Positions 35,201 to 43,600 of a stretch of DNA of 64,000 bases are shown here, piece after piece (the stretch's first letter is position 1; the number at the start of each line of letters is the position of its first letter). The notes under the pieces are model-generated. The model saw nothing but the letters and a program-made list of their open reading frames with translations. It had not been told where the DNA came from and ran no database searches. The DNA is taken from contig JAFVZL010000044.1 of NCBI GenBank assembly GCA_017508195.1, forward strand, positions 4,991 to 68,990. Direction: 5' to 3'. Source of the DNA: Clostridia bacterium. Lineage in GTDB: Bacteria; Bacillota; Clostridia; Oscillospirales; CAG-272. A program made the translations under genes and the position numbers.

Positions 35201-36573
35201 TATTTTTGTCCTTTTTCCTTCATATAGTTGTCGATAATTGCGACGAGCTCATCCTCACCGAGTATGGTCGTTCTTCCGTCCTCGTAGAGCCTATCGACCG
35301 CTTCCTTGACCTTGACTACTATCTCATCGTGCTTAGTGACCTCGCGGAAGTCGGGAAGATCATAGTGCTTGTTTATCCAATAGGCTATGCCTGCAAGACC
35401 CGAGGTGTTGGATATAGCGACCTCGGCGGGCTTGCCCAGTATACGCTCGGTGTCGAAGATATTGTATATCTCGGCATCCTTCATAAGTCCGTCAGCGTGG
35501 ACTCCTGCGCGCGTTACGTTGAAGTTGTCGCCGACAAAGGGTGTCATCGGCGGGATATCGTACTTAAGCTCGGTCTTGAAATAGTCTGCGATCTCGGTTA
35601 TGACGGTCGGGTCCATACCTCCAAAGCTACCCGTCATGGATGCATACTCTATTACCATCGCCTCAAGAGGTACGTTACCCGTGCGCTCGCCGATTCCAAG
35701 CAGCGAGCAGTTGACAGCAGAGCAGCCGTAGAGCCACGCGGTGGTCGCGTTTACAACGCCCTTATAGAAGTCGTTATGGCCGTGCCACTCGAGCATATCC
35801 GAGTTGACGTCAGCGTAGTGGTTAAGACCGTATACGATGCCGGGCACGCTCCTCGGAAGCGCAACACCGGGGTAGGGAACGCCGTAGCCCATCGTGTCAC
35901 ACATTCTGATCTTGACGGGGATGCCTGACTCTGCACTCAGGTCGCTAAGCGCGTTTACAAAGGGTACTACAAAGCCGTAAAAGTCGGCACGGGTGATATC
36001 CTCGAGGTGGCATCTCGGGCGTATGCCTGCATCGATAACAGATTTTACAACTCCGAGATAATGGTCGAGCGCCTGCTTACGCGTCATGCCGAGCTTTTTG
36101 AAAATGTGGTAGTCGGAGCAGGAAACGAGGATACCCGTCTCCTTGATTCCAAGACTTTTAACGAGGTCAAAGTCCTCCTTTTTCGCACGTATCCAGGTCG
36201 TGACCTCGGGGAACTCGTAGCCGAGCTCGAGGCATCTTGTCGCCGCTTCCTTATCCTTCTTCGTGTAGACGAAGAACTCGCTCTGACGGATTATTCCGTC
36301 GGGACCGCCGAGACGGTGGAGCATCTTGTATATATCGACGATCTGATCCGCAGAGTAGGGTGCTCGTGACTGCTGTCCGTCACGGAAGGTCGTGTCGGTC
36401 AGCCATATTTCCTCGGGCATATGTATCGGAACGTGACGGTGGTTGAACGCCACCTTCGGTATCTCGGTGTAGGGATAGATCTCTCTATAGAGGTTGGGGT
36501 CGGGGATATCCTGAAGGGAGTATCTGTACTGATGCTGCTCGAGTAGGTTTGAGCTGTTGCTTTTTTTGATCAT
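35200..36573 (-). CDS. DRE-TIM metallolyase, probable Re-citrate synthase
   Basis: DTTFRDGQQ, HGHND, GIGERTGN; clustered with aconitase and a dehydrogenase. Confidence 0.82.
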   Translation of the reverse strand: MIKKSNSSNLLEQHQYRYSLQDIPDPNLYREIYPYTEIPKVAFNHRHVPIHMPEEIWLTDTTFRDGQQSRAPYSADQIVDIYKMLHRLGGPDGIIRQSEFFVYTKKDKEAATRCLELGYEFPEVTTWIRAKKEDFDLVKSLGIKETGILVSCSDYHIFKKLGMTRKQALDHYLGVVKSVIDAGIRPRCHLEDITRADFYGFVVPFVNALSDLSAESGIPVKIRMCDTMGYGVPYPGVALPRSVPGIVYGLNHYADVNSDMLEWHGHNDFYKGVVNATTAWLYGCSAVNCSLLGIGERTGNVPLEAMVIEYASMTGSFGGMDPTVITEIADYFKTELKYDIPPMTPFVGDNFNVTRAGVHADGLMKDAEIYNIFDTERILGKPAEVAISNTSGLAGIAYWINKHYDLPDFREVTKHDEIVVKVKEAVDRLYEDGRTTILGEDELVAIIDNYMKEKGQK

Positions 36574-36668
36574 GGCTTGTTCCTTTCTCTGGGGGATTTA
36601 CCAAAGGCGAGGACTGAATAATTGAGGCAACCTTCCTTGTCCTTCCTCATTTGGTATAAATTGTACAC

Positions 36669-36723
36669 TTGTATACAATCTGAAATTTTATCTTATTATA
36701 ATATATGTGAAAAGCTTTGTCAA
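36669..36723 (-). promoter_or_regulatory. Sigma-A promoter with downstream GntR-type operator
   Basis: TTGACA(36723-36718)-17-TATAAT(36700-36695); palindrome TTGTATACAA at 36669-36678. Confidence 0.75.
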
Positions 36724-36767
36724 GTTATTTTAAGAAAAAATAATATAAAAACAATATGAAGAAATGT

Positions 36768-36808
36768 AAAAAAAGCAGGGCTTGGCTTATATAAAAGCCA
36801 AGCCCTGC
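36768..36808 (-). terminator. Terminator of the AbiE operon
   Basis: AGCAGGGCTTGGCTT/AAGCCAAGCCCTGCT with an A-run on the plus strand. Confidence 0.85.
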
Positions 36809-36826
36809 TGAATCGGTGAGCGTATA

Positions 36827-37741
36827 TTAGTCCTTCTCCTCAAACACACCGCTTTCAATGATAGATTCGAGCGATTTTATTGCTTCGTTGTAGCTGACGG
36901 GTTTTGACAGCAACTTTTCTGTGCTGTTTATGTAGTCTTTTTTGTAATATTCTGTATCGATTATTTGCCGGAGAATTTTTGGCACGCTTACACCATCCTG
37001 AGCCGAATAGCATTTGGTACCCGCCTTTCTGTTTTTTCGTACCTCTCTTATCAAAGCTACAAGATTATTATCCAAAGAGACCAGCGTCAAAAGGCGAGAT
37101 ATGTCATAAATGTGCCTTGAGTTCCTTTCGGGCTTGTTGTCTATCATGTAGTCACAAATTGCAAACACCTTGTCTACGAGAGTTCTGTCAAGAGTCTGAA
37201 CACGAATATCAAATGGCTCTAATTCATACTGTGCGATGGCTTCCTCGTTTCCTACAAATTTGAAATAGTCGTATATCATTGACGATGCTTTCATAAATTC
37301 ATCGGGAAATGCTTTAACGATAAAAACAGTTTCAACCAGTAATTGAGGATTTAAGCCAGATAAAGTGTGCCGTGCAGAATAGTCGATTATATAACAGTTG
37401 TAATCTCTGCGACTTCGCGTTTCGCATTCGTTCAGTAAGCTCAACCCGAGGCTTTTACATATCTTTACTAATGCATGTTTCAGATTCTTGCGATTCCCTT
37501 GCGATTGATGCGTAGCATCTAATGTAATGTCAATATCTTCGGAAAATCGATCAATAAGCTTATAACACTTTGAAAGCGACGTACCCCCTTTGAACAATAG
37601 GTCGGGAACTTGTTTTGCGAGCTCGCGAAGTACAAGCGTTACATAATAATCCTTTTCTATTATTGCGGCAGAGACGTTAAAATGTCTGCTGGCGGATTGT
37701 ATAGCTATATTAAAGCTTTCTTTATCATTGTGTAATATCAT
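36827..37741 (-). CDS. AbiEii-family nucleotidyltransferase toxin (type IV TA)
   Basis: IEKDY, FKGGTSLSK, RFSEDID, DK, RHIYD. Confidence 0.92.
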   Translation of the reverse strand: MILHNDKESFNIAIQSASRHFNVSAAIIEKDYYVTLVLRELAKQVPDLLFKGGTSLSKCYKLIDRFSEDIDITLDATHQSQGNRKNLKHALVKICKSLGLSLLNECETRSRRDYNCYIIDYSARHTLSGLNPQLLVETVFIVKAFPDEFMKASSMIYDYFKFVGNEEAIAQYELEPFDIRVQTLDRTLVDKVFAICDYMIDNKPERNSRHIYDISRLLTLVSLDNNLVALIREVRKNRKAGTKCYSAQDGVSVPKILRQIIDTEYYKKDYINSTEKLLSKPVSYNEAIKSLESIIESGVFEEKD

Positions 37742-38351
37742 TCAACACCTCGCTGAAAAGAAGATTCTTTGATGTTTTCGCAGGAAAATATTTTGCAAGA
37801 GAGAGGAGATCGCTGCTGCTTATTCTATTCTCTCTAATATACTTTTTTATAGATTTTTTTGCTCTTTCGTCTATTTCTGAGATTTCACCTATTTCGGTTA
37901 ATAACTGTAATACGGTGTATGCTTGTGCATTACTGCGATCTATTTTACAACGCGACTTTCGGAGTATAACGGTTCTTCCGTCTAACGTTATTCTTCTGCA
38001 TCTCATAGTTTCGATATTGCTGACTACTTCGATAGTATTTGGCATCTGAGTTGTAACTGAGAAGAAATTTTGCAGATTCATTCCGCTGTACACTCCGAAC
38101 ACATCGTCTTTATAGGATATATATTTTTTGTTCACTACGTCTTCTGCCGTTATGGTTGACGTGCCTGCTATGCTCTTTGTGGGTAAGAAGTAGACACCCG
38201 TATCAAATTTTGAAAGTTCTCCGCTTTCTTCTGCTTTGTTTATAAGTCGGAATATATATGCTCGGGAATAACCGTCGAACGCGCTCAGTATCTCGTTTGT
38301 GAAAATCGGCTCGTTAGAGGCGAACCTTGTTTTTAATTTTTGAACCAGCAT
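37725..38351 (-). CDS. AbiEi-like antitoxin
   Basis: N-terminal wHTH with GVYF, TTQMPN motif; overlaps the toxin start; ATG 38351 after GGAGGT. Confidence 0.82.
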   Translation of the reverse strand: MLVQKLKTRFASNEPIFTNEILSAFDGYSRAYIFRLINKAEESGELSKFDTGVYFLPTKSIAGTSTITAEDVVNKKYISYKDDVFGVYSGMNLQNFFSVTTQMPNTIEVVSNIETMRCRRITLDGRTVILRKSRCKIDRSNAQAYTVLQLLTEIGEISEIDERAKKSIKKYIRENRISSSDLLSLAKYFPAKTSKNLLFSEVLNDITQ

Positions 38352-38495
38352 TATAACACCTCCACACATAGTATTTTCCGATTCACAATTAGTATACTAT
38401 ATTCAACATAAATTGTCAAGACTGATAAACAAATTATTACCAATCTAAAAAGATTGCACGAGCAGAGCTCGGGTTAAGGGCTGCCACGGGCAGAA

Positions 38496-38645
38496 GTGAT
38501 GATTGCCTGCGGCAAGTTATGAGTGCTGCGCACGTTATGATGCTCACGCAGTTATGAGCGACTATGTCGCGTTATGAGTGCTACGCACGTTATGATGCTC
38601 ACGCAGTTATGAGCGACTGTGTCGCGTTATGAGTGTTTCGTACGT
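38496..38645. repeat. Hairpin-linker array D
   Basis: GTGATGA plus GTTATGA x7, each followed by a 3-5 bp hairpin; contains a 55-bp tandem duplication. Confidence 0.85.
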
Positions 38646-38726
38646 TGCTTTTCGCTTAATAATTGACGCTTTTCGGGCATATTTGCCCCGAATTTATTAA
38701 AAAATCAACTCAAAATGCGATTTTCG

Positions 38727-38810
38727 CGCTTAACAGAGCTTTCAGACGCTCCTTTGAGAGTGTCACGCTTGGCAGAGCTTTCGGATTCTCCTTTAAGAGT
38801 ATCACGCTTG
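38727..38810. repeat. 39-bp imperfect tandem repeat (2 copies)
   Basis: CGCTT..CAGAGCTTTC.GA..CTCCTTT.AGAGT.TCA at 38727 and 38766. Confidence 0.75.
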
Positions 38811-39026
38811 TGCGGATTTGTTTGATTTAATCTCGTATAGTAAAATATAAAAAATTCCCCGCCGGGCACGGATTGCACCCGACGGGGTAGTATATTGACC
38901 ATTATTGTTTACAAATGCAGTTGATAAGAGGCAAATAATCGTTTTTTAATTCTGCAACATGGGCGTTATTAACATATCGGCTGACCGCGGCTTAGCTTGG
39001 ATGCGATACTGCTTACAGATCGATCT

Positions 39027-39269
39027 TCAGCTTATTTCCTGCTCGATCTCATCAAAAATCGGACTGTCGAAGAACTCGCGTAAGCTTATATCAAGCCCGT
39101 CACAGAGCTTTTTTATCGATACTACTCCCGGGTTCTGACTCTTATCGTTAAGCATGCTATATACGGTTGAGGGGGATACACCTGCAAGATTTGCAAGCGT
39201 ATTAACGGCTATGTTTCTTTTTGCGCACAGCTCTTGTATTCTTATTGCCACTGCTCTTTTTGTGTTCAT
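39027..39269 (-). CDS. XRE-family HTH regulator
   Basis: RIQELC..RNI..N.LA..AGVSPST...NP....IKKLCDGL.ISL.EFF. Confidence 0.9.
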   Translation of the reverse strand: MNTKRAVAIRIQELCAKRNIAVNTLANLAGVSPSTVYSMLNDKSQNPGVVSIKKLCDGLDISLREFFDSPIFDEIEQEIS

Positions 39270-39283
39270 TTGATACGCTCCTT

Positions 39284-39380
39284 GTGGGATATATCATAAT
39301 TTTAGAGAATTTTGCGATATATCGTATGGGATATATCGTAATTTTGGGTCGGATGTGATATAATATACGATATATCCCAC
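39284..39380. promoter_or_regulatory. Putative XRE operators
   Basis: Palindrome GATATATC at 39288, 39316, 39330 and 39369; extended -10 TGATATAAT near 39356-39364. Confidence 0.7.
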
Positions 39381-39395
39381 ATGGAGGAGAATGAA

Positions 39396-39830
39396 ATGAT
39401 ATGTATGCTTTTCGGGCATAGAGATGCCCCGTGCGAGATCAAGTCGGTATTAAAGGAAAAAATCCTTGAAATCTATACCAAGCATCACGAAGTTGAATTT
39501 TACATTGGAAACAATGGTGCATTTGATGCTTTAGCGCAGAGATGTCTGAACGAAGTTAATACCGATGGCGTGGAGATCGAGTATTCAATCATTCTGTCGC
39601 GTGTCGATGAGGTTGCGCTCTGCAAAAACAACAGTAAAACGCTTTATCCGGACGGTCAGGAGAAAGCGCTTAGAAAATATGCAATTTCAAAGAGAAACGA
39701 TTGGATGATAAAAAAAGCCGATATTGCTATTTGCTACGTCAGTAATAGATTTACTAACTGTTATAAAATGCTCGAAAGGCTCAGGCGTAAAGGAGTTCAT
39801 ATTATAAATATTTCAGATTTGGTCTTATGA
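39396..39830 (+). CDS. SLOG-superfamily (YspA/DUF1273-like) protein
   Basis: C.LFGHR, FYIG..G.FD, AISKRNDWMI motifs; GGAGG 8 nt before ATG 39396. Confidence 0.72.
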   Translation: MICMLFGHRDAPCEIKSVLKEKILEIYTKHHEVEFYIGNNGAFDALAQRCLNEVNTDGVEIEYSIILSRVDEVALCKNNSKTLYPDGQEKALRKYAISKRNDWMIKKADIAICYVSNRFTNCYKMLERLRRKGVHIINISDLVL

Positions 39831-39940
39831 GAACCTGATTAAGATTATATACGCGAGTAAATACGCTAGTCTTGCATTTTTGTTCGTGCGTTTTTATACG
39901 ACTTATATGGGTTATGCACGCGCTGATTCTGAGGGAACTA

Positions 39941-39977
39941 TAAAAGAAACACCCAACGAGCAAAAGCGCGTTGGGTG
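39941..39977 (-). terminator. Terminator of ileS
   Basis: CACCCAACG/CGTTGGGTG with an A-rich run on the plus strand. Confidence 0.65.
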
Positions 39978-40014
39978 CGATAAATGACTATTAAACTTTA
40001 CAAAACTTTGTGTT

Positions 40015-43000
40015 TTATACCTTTTCAACCGAGATGGTGACGGTCTCACCGTTGATGTTCCACTCCTTTGCGTTAGCGAGGGTGGAGCCTGTGAGGAGCT
40101 CGTCTGCGAGGGTCTCGTCGGAGATCTCGGCGGCGTTGCGCTCCGTGATAGCGGCAACGGTATCGTTGCCTATGAAGGCTACCTTGATGCGGTCCATGAC
40201 CTCGAAGCCCGAGTCCTTACGCATCGTCTGTATCTTCGAGATGATCTCACGGACGTTACCCTCCTCGATAAGCTCGGGGGTGAGGTTCTTGTCGATGACA
40301 ACGGTGACGCCTCTGTCACCGAGCGACTCGAAGCCTTCCTTCTTCGTCATTTCGATAAGAAGGTCGTCGCGGGTGAGGACTATCTCGGCATCCTGCACGG
40401 TGAAGGTGATCGAGCCGTTTGCCTCGAGCTCGTCCATTGCGGCGTTGCCGTCGAGGGTGGAGAGTGTCGATCTGATACCGCCGAGGTACTTGCCGTATTT
40501 AGGTCCGACGGTGCGGAGCTGCGGCTTGAAGGAATAGGTGGTGAACTCGCGTACGTTGTCGGTGAAGATAACCTCTTTGAGGTTAAGCTCCTCGGCAATA
40601 ACGGGTACAAAGCTCTCCTCGGGTACCTTGTCGGTCTTGACGTACATACGCGCTACGGGCTGACGGTTTTTGATAGCAGCCGCGTTACGGCAGGCTCTGC
40701 CGAGAACGACGATGTCAACTACCTCCTTCATGTTCTCCTCGAGCGACTTGTCGATAAGCGATTCGTCTGCTACGGGGTAGTCGCAAAGGTGTACCGACTC
40801 GGGTGCATTCTTGTCAACCGAGCATACGAGGTTGCGATAGATATCCTCTGTCATGAAGGGGATGAGGGGTGCCGATGCCTTTGCTATCGTTACGAGTGCT
40901 GTGTAGAGGGTGAGATATGCATTCACCTTGTCGGTGGGCATTCCCTTTACCCAGAAGCGCTCACGGCTGCGGCGCACGTACCAGTTCGAGAGCTCGTCTA
41001 CGAAGTCCTCGAGCACACGGGTAGCCTCGGTGATCTTGTATGCATCGAGATATGCGTCTGTTGCCTTTACGGTAGAATTGAGCTTCGAGAGTATCCACTT
41101 ATCCATAACCGAGAGGGTGGAACGGTCGAGGGTGTACTTGGTGGGGTCGAAGCCGTCGATGTTTGCGTAGAGAACGTAGAACGCGTAGGTGTTCCAGAGA
41201 GTTCCCATATACTTTCTCTGTCCCTCGACAACTGCCTCACCGAAGAAGCGGTTGGGGAGCCAGGGAGCGGAGTTAGAGTAGAAGTACCAGCGGATAGCGT
41301 CTGCGCCGTAGCTCTCGAGAGCCTCGAAGGGATCTACTGCGTTACCCTTCGACTTCGACATCTTCTGTCCGTCCTTATCGAGGACGTGGCCGAGAACGAG
41401 AACGTTCTTGTAGGGCGCGCAGTCGAAGATGAGGGTGGATATTGCCATGAGCGAGTAGAACCATCCGCGTGTCTGGTCTACACCCTCGCTGATGAAGTTT
41501 GCGGGGAACTGAGATTCAAAGATCTCCTTGTTCTCGAAGGGGTAGTGCCACTGTGCGAAGGGCATCGAGCCCGAGTCGAACCAGCAGTCGATAACCTCGC
41601 TGACTCTCTTCATCTCGCCGCCGCACTCGGGGCACTTAATGGTCACCGCATCGATGAAGGGACGGTGGAGCTCGATGTTATCGGGGCAGTTATCGGACAT
41701 CGACTTGAGCTCCTCGATAGAGCCGATCGCGTGGCGGTGTCCGCAGGAGCACTCCCAGATGTTGAGGGGGGTACCCCAATATCTGTTTCTCGAAAGACCC
41801 CAGTCCTGAATATTCTCGAGCCAGTCACCGAATCTGCCCTTGCCGATAGACTCGGGGATCCAGTTGACGGTATTGTTGTTTCTGATGATATCCTCACGCA
41901 CCTTGGTCATCTCGATAAACCAGGTGTCGCGTGCGTAGTAGATAAGAGGAGTGTTACATCTCCAGCAGTGGGGATACTCGTGCTCAAACTTGGGAGCGGA
42001 GAAGAGCTTGCCCTCTTTGTCGAGGTCGGCAATGACCATCGGGTCAGCCTTCTTTACGAATACGCCAGCGTAGGGAGTCTCGGCCGTCATCTCGCCCTTT
42101 CCGTCGACGAACTGGACGAAGGGAAGGCCGTACTTCTTACCGACCTTCGAGTCATCCTCACCGAATGCGGGAGCGATATGAACGATACCCGTACCGTCGG
42201 ACATCGTTACGTAGCCGTCGCAGACGATGTAGTGAGCCTTCAGCTTCTGGCGTGCGGCTTCCTTACCCGTGCACTCAAAGAGGGGCTCGTACTCGCGGTA
42301 TTCGAGTTCCTTACCCGTCATCTTCTCGAGTATCTCGTATGCGGGAGCATCCTCGGTCTTAAGAGGACCTAGAACGGTGTCGAGAAGTGCCTCTGCCATA
42401 TAGTAGGTGTAGCCGTCGGCTGCCTTTACCTTGCAATAGGTGTCCTTCGGGTTTACGCAGAGCGCAACGTTCGAGGGAAGTGTCCAGGGGGTGGTTGTCC
42501 ATGCGAGGAAGTATGCATCCTCACCCACGCACTTAAAGCGCGCGATAGCCGAGCGCTCCTTTACGGTCTTGTAGCCCTGAGCTACCTCGTGAGAGGAGAG
42601 GGGAGTACCGCAACGGGGGCAGTAGGGAACGATCTTGAAGCCCTTGTAGAGAAGGCCTCTGTCCCATATCTTCTTAAGAGCCCACCACTCGGACTCGATG
42701 AAATCGTTGGTGTAGGTGACGTAGGGGTGCTCCATATCAGCCCAGAAGCCGACAGTACCCGAGAAGTCCTCCCACATTTCCTTATACTTCCACACCGACT
42801 CCTTGCAGTGGCCGATGAAGGGCTCGAGGCCGTATGCCTCTATCTGATCCTTGCCGTCGATGCCGAGCTTCTTCTCAACCTCTAGCTCAACGGGGAGACC
42901 GTGGGTATCCCAGCCCGCCTTACGAAGCACGCGTCTGCCCTTCATGGTCTGGTATCTCGGAACCATGTCTTTTATAACACGGGTGAGCACGTGACCGATG

Positions 43001-43176
43001 TGGGGCTTACCGTTCGCGGTGGGGGGACCGTCGAAGAAGGTGTAGTTTTCCTGACCCTCACGCATAGCGATGCTCTTCTCGAAGATGGCGTTAGCCTCCC
43101 AGAATGCGCGGGTCTCCTTTTCTCTTTTCACGAAGTCGAGGTTTGTTGAAACTCTCTCGTAGACCTCATGTGCCAT
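40015..43176 (-). CDS. ileS: Isoleucine--tRNA ligase, type 2
   Basis: HIGH, KMSKS, WTTTPWTLP, RYWGTP, DQTRGWF; long C-terminus without the type-1 zinc-binding tail. Confidence 0.97.
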   Translation of the reverse strand: MAHEVYERVSTNLDFVKREKETRAFWEANAIFEKSIAMREGQENYTFFDGPPTANGKPHIGHVLTRVIKDMVPRYQTMKGRRVLRKAGWDTHGLPVELEVEKKLGIDGKDQIEAYGLEPFIGHCKESVWKYKEMWEDFSGTVGFWADMEHPYVTYTNDFIESEWWALKKIWDRGLLYKGFKIVPYCPRCGTPLSSHEVAQGYKTVKERSAIARFKCVGEDAYFLAWTTTPWTLPSNVALCVNPKDTYCKVKAADGYTYYMAEALLDTVLGPLKTEDAPAYEILEKMTGKELEYREYEPLFECTGKEAARQKLKAHYIVCDGYVTMSDGTGIVHIAPAFGEDDSKVGKKYGLPFVQFVDGKGEMTAETPYAGVFVKKADPMVIADLDKEGKLFSAPKFEHEYPHCWRCNTPLIYYARDTWFIEMTKVREDIIRNNNTVNWIPESIGKGRFGDWLENIQDWGLSRNRYWGTPLNIWECSCGHRHAIGSIEELKSMSDNCPDNIELHRPFIDAVTIKCPECGGEMKRVSEVIDCWFDSGSMPFAQWHYPFENKEIFESQFPANFISEGVDQTRGWFYSLMAISTLIFDCAPYKNVLVLGHVLDKDGQKMSKSKGNAVDPFEALESYGADAIRWYFYSNSAPWLPNRFFGEAVVEGQRKYMGTLWNTYAFYVLYANIDGFDPTKYTLDRSTLSVMDKWILSKLNSTVKATDAYLDAYKITEATRVLEDFVDELSNWYVRRSRERFWVKGMPTDKVNAYLTLYTALVTIAKASAPLIPFMTEDIYRNLVCSVDKNAPESVHLCDYPVADESLIDKSLEENMKEVVDIVVLGRACRNAAAIKNRQPVARMYVKTDKVPEESFVPVIAEELNLKEVIFTDNVREFTTYSFKPQLRTVGPKYGKYLGGIRSTLSTLDGNAAMDELEANGSITFTVQDAEIVLTRDDLLIEMTKKEGFESLGDRGVTVVIDKNLTPELIEEGNVREIISKIQTMRKDSGFEVMDRIKVAFIGNDTVAAITERNAAEISDETLADELLTGSTLANAKEWNINGETVTISVEKV

Positions 43177-43221
43177 AGTAATTCTCCTTACTTACAGAAA
43201 CTCTTTATGAGTGTATTAATC

Positions 43222-43455
43222 AAAAAAATAAATCCGCTTCCATATGGAAACGGAAAAAACCACCATTTTCACATATCTCGCAATATGCTCCGCCATTACG
43301 CCGCGGACCGCGTCACCGTCTACCTTCGCAATATGCGCTCTCGGGGTGCGGCTCGGAAGTGATCTTCACCGTGGGTCTGCCGTCGGGCTCTCACCTGTAC
43401 CCGGCTCTCTGTGGGCTTGTGCCTCGGTTACTCTTTTCGTCTTTGCCTTTTTATC
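43222..43455 (-). ncRNA. T-box leader (Ile)
   Basis: Stem I with AGAGA and GGTGAGA loops, specifier ATC (43363-43361), TGGTGGT, terminator TCCGTTTCC/GGAAGCGGA with U-run. Confidence 0.8.
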
Positions 43456-43465
43456 TTGCAGAGAT

Positions 43466-43563
43466 ATATTATCACAACTTTCCCGAATTGTCAATAGTTT
43501 TAATATTATTAAAAATTAAATGCATCCGCGTTCCTTGACACGGGCGCGAGGTTGTGCTATCAT
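43466..43563. promoter_or_regulatory. Divergent sigma-A promoters (ileS and P-type ATPase)
   Basis: Minus strand TTGACA-17-TAATAT (43494-43466); plus strand TTGACA-17-TATCAT (43535-43563). Confidence 0.65.
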
Positions 43564-43600
43564 TATAATGATAATTTCTAGGCTAAGGAAGTTTTTTTAA

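Noticed and set aside
38496-38645. CRISPR array
   Set aside because: The constant part is only 7 nt, the intervening parts are 10-13 nt palindromes that repeat, and no cas genes are present
40789-42372. 527-aa plus-strand ORF
   Set aside because: Antisense to ileS; explained by codon bias on the coding strand
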